Shown: positions 63,551 through 64,000 of the stretch, piece by piece | Layout of the letters: each line of letters starts with the position of its first letter | How positions within the stretch are numbered: the stretch's first letter is position 1 | From: Leucoraja erinacea | Taxonomy: Eukaryota | Assembly (NCBI RefSeq): GCF_028641065.1 | Contig: NC_073387.1 | Span: 15,934,001-15,998,000 of the forward strand | DNA: 64,000 bases | Reading direction: 5' to 3' | Notes under the pieces: model-generated | What the model saw: only the letters and a program-made list of their open reading frames with translations | Databases searched by the model: none | Told to the model about the DNA's origin: nothing | Made by a program: the position numbers and the translations under genes

Positions 63551-64000
63551 TCACCTGCATTTCATGGATCTACAGATATCAATAGGGGAATTGTTGCCAT
63601 CGTCCTGACCATTATTTATCCACAAATCAACAGTTATTAATCTGAATATTAGCACATTGTGAGAACATTCCCTGTGGTGGTTGGTTGCTGAATTTTCTCC
63701 ATTCTCACCGGGGCTACTCCTGCCAGTGCCCATCATTTTGTCAGTGGACTTTCCACTGAGATGGTTGTGAGTACTGGGGTTTAGCTTTTGATGAGAAGTG
63801 TAGAGAGGGAGGATATCATAGTGCCAGCCATTATTTACAGTTATTGTAAACTTTCTATATCAACTAACGAAGAAATTGCAACGTGATGGAAACAGAGAGC
63901 TGAGCTACTGTAAAGAGCTGGGAGCTCTGGAGGCTGTGGGGATCCACTCAGGGAAGAATTTAATCAGAAATGAAATTTAGAAATTATTGAGTGCCAGTAG

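Overview
Eukaryotic, repeat-dense genomic window, most likely from a cartilaginous fish (skate/ray/shark). That assignment is inferred from HE1-like tRNA-SINEs, CR1 LINEs and Penelope-type repeats, not proven. Roughly half of the window is transposon-derived: CR1 LINEs (one near-full-length copy with an intact esterase ORF1), two DIRS tyrosine-recombinase retrotransposons, L1, Rex1/Babar, HERO-like and Proto2/RTE-like fragments, a hAT MITE, and short Penelope-type repeats with hammerhead-ribozyme cores. Between the repeats, manual splice-phase reconstruction gives two tandem, paralogous, plus-strand Ig-superfamily type I membrane receptor genes that the ORF track shows only in pieces. Gene A (3' part only, 12402-18666) has a C2-like domain, an uncharged TM and a tail with two ITIMs (IHYGSI, VIYAGI), so it is predicted inhibitory. 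Gene B (complete CDS, 48394-62516, 394 aa) has a signal peptide, C2-V-C2(WxC) domains, a TM containing a lysine, and a short ITIM-less tail, so it is predicted activating. Together they look like a paired inhibitory/activating immune receptor cluster with CD4/LAG-3/DICP-like domains. A dead duplicate Ig exon in gene B points to a formerly longer ectodomain. Gene models are predicted from sequence only; family assignments are from motif recognition, not database searches.
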